From Candidatus Nanoarchaeia archaeon (GTDB lineage Archaea; Nanobdellota; Nanobdellia; Woesearchaeales; JANQNE01), in the NCBI GenBank assembly GCA_028279725.1, contig JANQNE010000004.1:12008-76007 (forward strand): a stretch of DNA of 64,000 nucleotides, written 5' to 3'. Of this stretch, positions 62,108 through 64,000 are shown in pieces. The translations under genes were made by a program, and so were the position numbers. The stretch's first letter is position 1, and the number at the start of each line of letters is the position of its first letter. Below the pieces are notes generated by a model. That model ran no database searches, was not told the origin of the DNA, and worked only from the letters and a program-made list of their open reading frames with translations.

Positions 62108-62590
62108 TTATTGATCTTTATATGGTTCTATGTTCTCGTCTAAAATAACAAGCTCAACTCCAGCTTTCTTGAACATTTCTTCTGATTCCATACCCGCATG
62201 ATATCTTTTCTGGCAGACAACCCTATTGATACCTGCATTTATGATCATCTTTGCACATACGCTGCAAGGAGTCATCCTTGAATACATGGTAGCTCCTTCG
62301 ATAGAAACTCCTATCTTTGCTGCCTGGCATATAGCGTTCTGTTCTGCATGGGTGGTCCTTACGCAATGCTGGGTGATATTTCCATCTTCATGCGTTACAG
62401 ATTTCATCTGGTGGCCGACCTCATCGCAATGGGGCAGGCCTAATGGAGAACCGACATAACCTGTAACAAGGATCTGCTTGTTCTTAGCTATAACGCAGCC
62501 AGATCTTCCCCTGTCACATGTAGCTCTTTTTGCTACAGCCTCCATAATCTCCATAAAATATTCATCCCAGTTAGGTCTTTTGTAAGCCAT
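62108..62590 (-). CDS. dCMP deaminase (ComEB-type)
   Basis: ATG 62590 preceded by GGAGGA. Zinc motifs HAEQNAI and PCSVCAKMI. Confidence 0.85.
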   Translation of the reverse strand: MAYKRPNWDEYFMEIMEAVAKRATCDRGRSGCVIAKNKQILVTGYVGSPLGLPHCDEVGHQMKSVTHEDGNITQHCVRTTHAEQNAICQAAKIGVSIEGATMYSRMTPCSVCAKMIINAGINRVVCQKRYHAGMESEEMFKKAGVELVILDENIEPYKDQ

Positions 62591-62591
62591 C

Positions 62592-63065
62592 TTAATCCTC
62601 CGTTGTGGTGAAGTTATCTCCACCCAAATGAAATAGACGTTTTCCCTCTTTTAACTCTTTTTTATTTACAACTTTTCCTATAAATATTATATGATCACCA
62701 ACTTCAAACTCGTCGATAACCTCACATTCCATGATTGCCATTGCGTTTTTGAGTCTTGGGCAGTCGATCTTTTCACATTCTTCTTTCTCTAATGTTTCGA
62801 ACTTTTCCATGTCTTTTCCTGAATTTCTTCCTGCTAATAGGGCTGATTCCCGGTCATCTTTTGATATGAAGTTTACGCAGAACTGTCTGCTTTGCCCTAT
62901 GAGCTCATGTGAGAGTCTTTTTTTGCTTAAGTAGATAGAATATAGTTCAGGATCAAATGATGCAGGACTGTGCCAGCTAAGAGTCATAGCATTATCTTTA
63001 TTGTTGTGCCTGCTGGAGACTATTATAGTCTGTCTTGGATATTGTATCTTTGTTTTGCCCCCCAT
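62592..63065 (-). CDS. flavin reductase-like FMN-binding split-barrel protein
   Basis: ATG 63065; the track extension to 63152 overlaps the idi start. Contains TLSWHSPASFDPELYSIYL...FCVNF. Confidence 0.65.
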   Translation of the reverse strand: MGGKTKIQYPRQTIIVSSRHNNKDNAMTLSWHSPASFDPELYSIYLSKKRLSHELIGQSRQFCVNFISKDDRESALLAGRNSGKDMEKFETLEKEECEKIDCPRLKNAMAIMECEVIDEFEVGDHIIFIGKVVNKKELKEGKRLFHLGGDNFTTTED

Positions 63066-63150
63066 GAGAAAGAGTTTGTAAGGGAAATTAATAAAGGTTT
63101 CTGTCAGGAAAGACAAAAGCTTTAAATAAAAAGCTAAAACCCTCTGATGC

Positions 63151-63717
63151 ATGCGAGATACTAATGTAGAGCTTGAGACTTTAGTCTTAGTGGATAACGA
63201 AGATAACCAGATAGGAACAGCTGAGAAATGGGATGCTCATAAAGGACTGGGCAAGATGCACAGGGCTTTTTCTGTATGGGTGTTTACTGATGACAGCTAT
63301 AAGGATGTCTGGATGCAGGTCAGGGGAGAGAAAAAGCCGCTTTGGCCTGGGTATTATTCAAATTCTTATTGTTCACACCCGAGGGAAGGAGAAAGTTATG
63401 AAGGTGCTGCCAGGAGGAGAGGTGTTGAGGAGATCGGGCTGATTGTAGATCCTAAGATGGTCATTAAGTTCAGTTATCATGCTTCTTATAAGCCTAATGG
63501 AAAGAGGGTAGGATCAGAGAATGAGCTTTGTGCTCTTATGATAGCTGTCACTCCAGACCAGCCAACACCAAATGCATTAGAGATAGACGGAGATATGATA
63601 AAAATCCCGCTGGATGAACTGAGAAAGGATATGAACAGAAATCAGGAAAAATATACTCCTTGGTTCTTGATGGAGATGTTTAAGATAGATGATTATCTTA
63701 GAGATCTTAAGAAATAA
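63151..63717 (+). CDS. idi: isopentenyl-diphosphate delta-isomerase, type 1 (NUDIX fold)
   Basis: 188 aa with HRAFSVWVF, CSHPREGESYEGAARRRGVEEIGL and ENELCAL. A TATA-like CTTTAAATAAAAAG lies about 25 nt upstream of the ATG. Confidence 0.8.
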   Translation: MRDTNVELETLVLVDNEDNQIGTAEKWDAHKGLGKMHRAFSVWVFTDDSYKDVWMQVRGEKKPLWPGYYSNSYCSHPREGESYEGAARRRGVEEIGLIVDPKMVIKFSYHASYKPNGKRVGSENELCALMIAVTPDQPTPNALEIDGDMIKIPLDELRKDMNRNQEKYTPWFLMEMFKIDDYLRDLKK

Positions 63718-63719
63718 TT

Positions 63720-63932
63720 TTATATAGGATAACTGCCTGTAGAATAGTTATCATCTTTTCTTTCAGAATGAGTATGAACATTTCTTTCTATCTGAGGCTC
63801 TTTTTTTGTCTCATTGCCTAATGGACTATCTATGTGGACACCGTGAGGTATTGTTATGGATCTGTCTACTCCGGGAAGCTGCCTGTTAAATGCTTCTCTT
63901 CTTGCAAGTTCACCTATGTCTGATGTTTTCAT
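63720..63932 (-). CDS. hypothetical protein
   Basis: 70-aa ORF with no motif. Coding status uncertain. Confidence 0.3.
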   Translation of the reverse strand: MKTSDIGELARREAFNRQLPGVDRSITIPHGVHIDSPLGNETKKEPQIERNVHTHSERKDDNYSTGSYPI

Positions 63933-64000
63933 AAGCTTTTGGAGAATGAGTTTGTTTTTAAGCTTTGCTGTTGATGAACCTTTCTACGCTTCTGTCAAAT

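Overview
Gene-dense, low-GC segment that looks archaeal. The evidence is fibrillarin plus Nop5, Rpo7/Spt4/S24e/S27ae, ABCE1, SecDF and an archaeal-type UMP kinase. A small-genome, DPANN-like affiliation is only an inference. Genes are packed on both strands, with many 4-nt ATGA stop/start overlaps and strong GGAGGT/GGTGA ribosome-binding sites.

Content in order:
- a nop5-NUDIX-HD-flpA operon;
- a pyruvate:ferredoxin oxidoreductase (por) operon interrupted by a C/D-box sRNA, cutA, a small zinc-ribbon ORF and a repeat-flanked insert;
- nucleotide metabolism (dcd, pyrH, pyrG, dCMP deaminase) and secDF;
- an accessory stretch (about 13-30 kb) with surface-protein genes, a MacB/FtsX-type ABC operon, two radical SAM genes, an Lrp regulator, one tRNA-Thr and orphan genes;
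- ABCE1, ogg, and a protein kinase/pseudokinase pair;
- thiI, and a Cu/Fe/disulfide block (copZ, HMA-DsbD_2-cupredoxin, copA, DsbA-like, feoAB, DtxR-like);
- a roughly 9-kb oxidative-stress/thiol-redox island (49.6-58.9 kb);
- the rpo7-spt4-S24e-S27ae block and idi.

I saw no rRNA, CRISPR array, transposase or integrase.

The most unusual items are all below the ORF-track length cutoff or non-coding:
- a Fur/PerR-coupled string of micro-ORFs, including a 43-aa ORF that carries only an NrdD-like glycyl-radical loop, plus Gly/Cys mini-peptides;
- a two-copy ~90-nt element with compensatory stem changes;
- ~100-nt hairpin-rich inserts flanked by 19-20-nt direct repeats at gene junctions that are otherwise start/stop-coupled.

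Functional calls rest on motifs I recognise by eye. No database search was run, and start codons are approximate.
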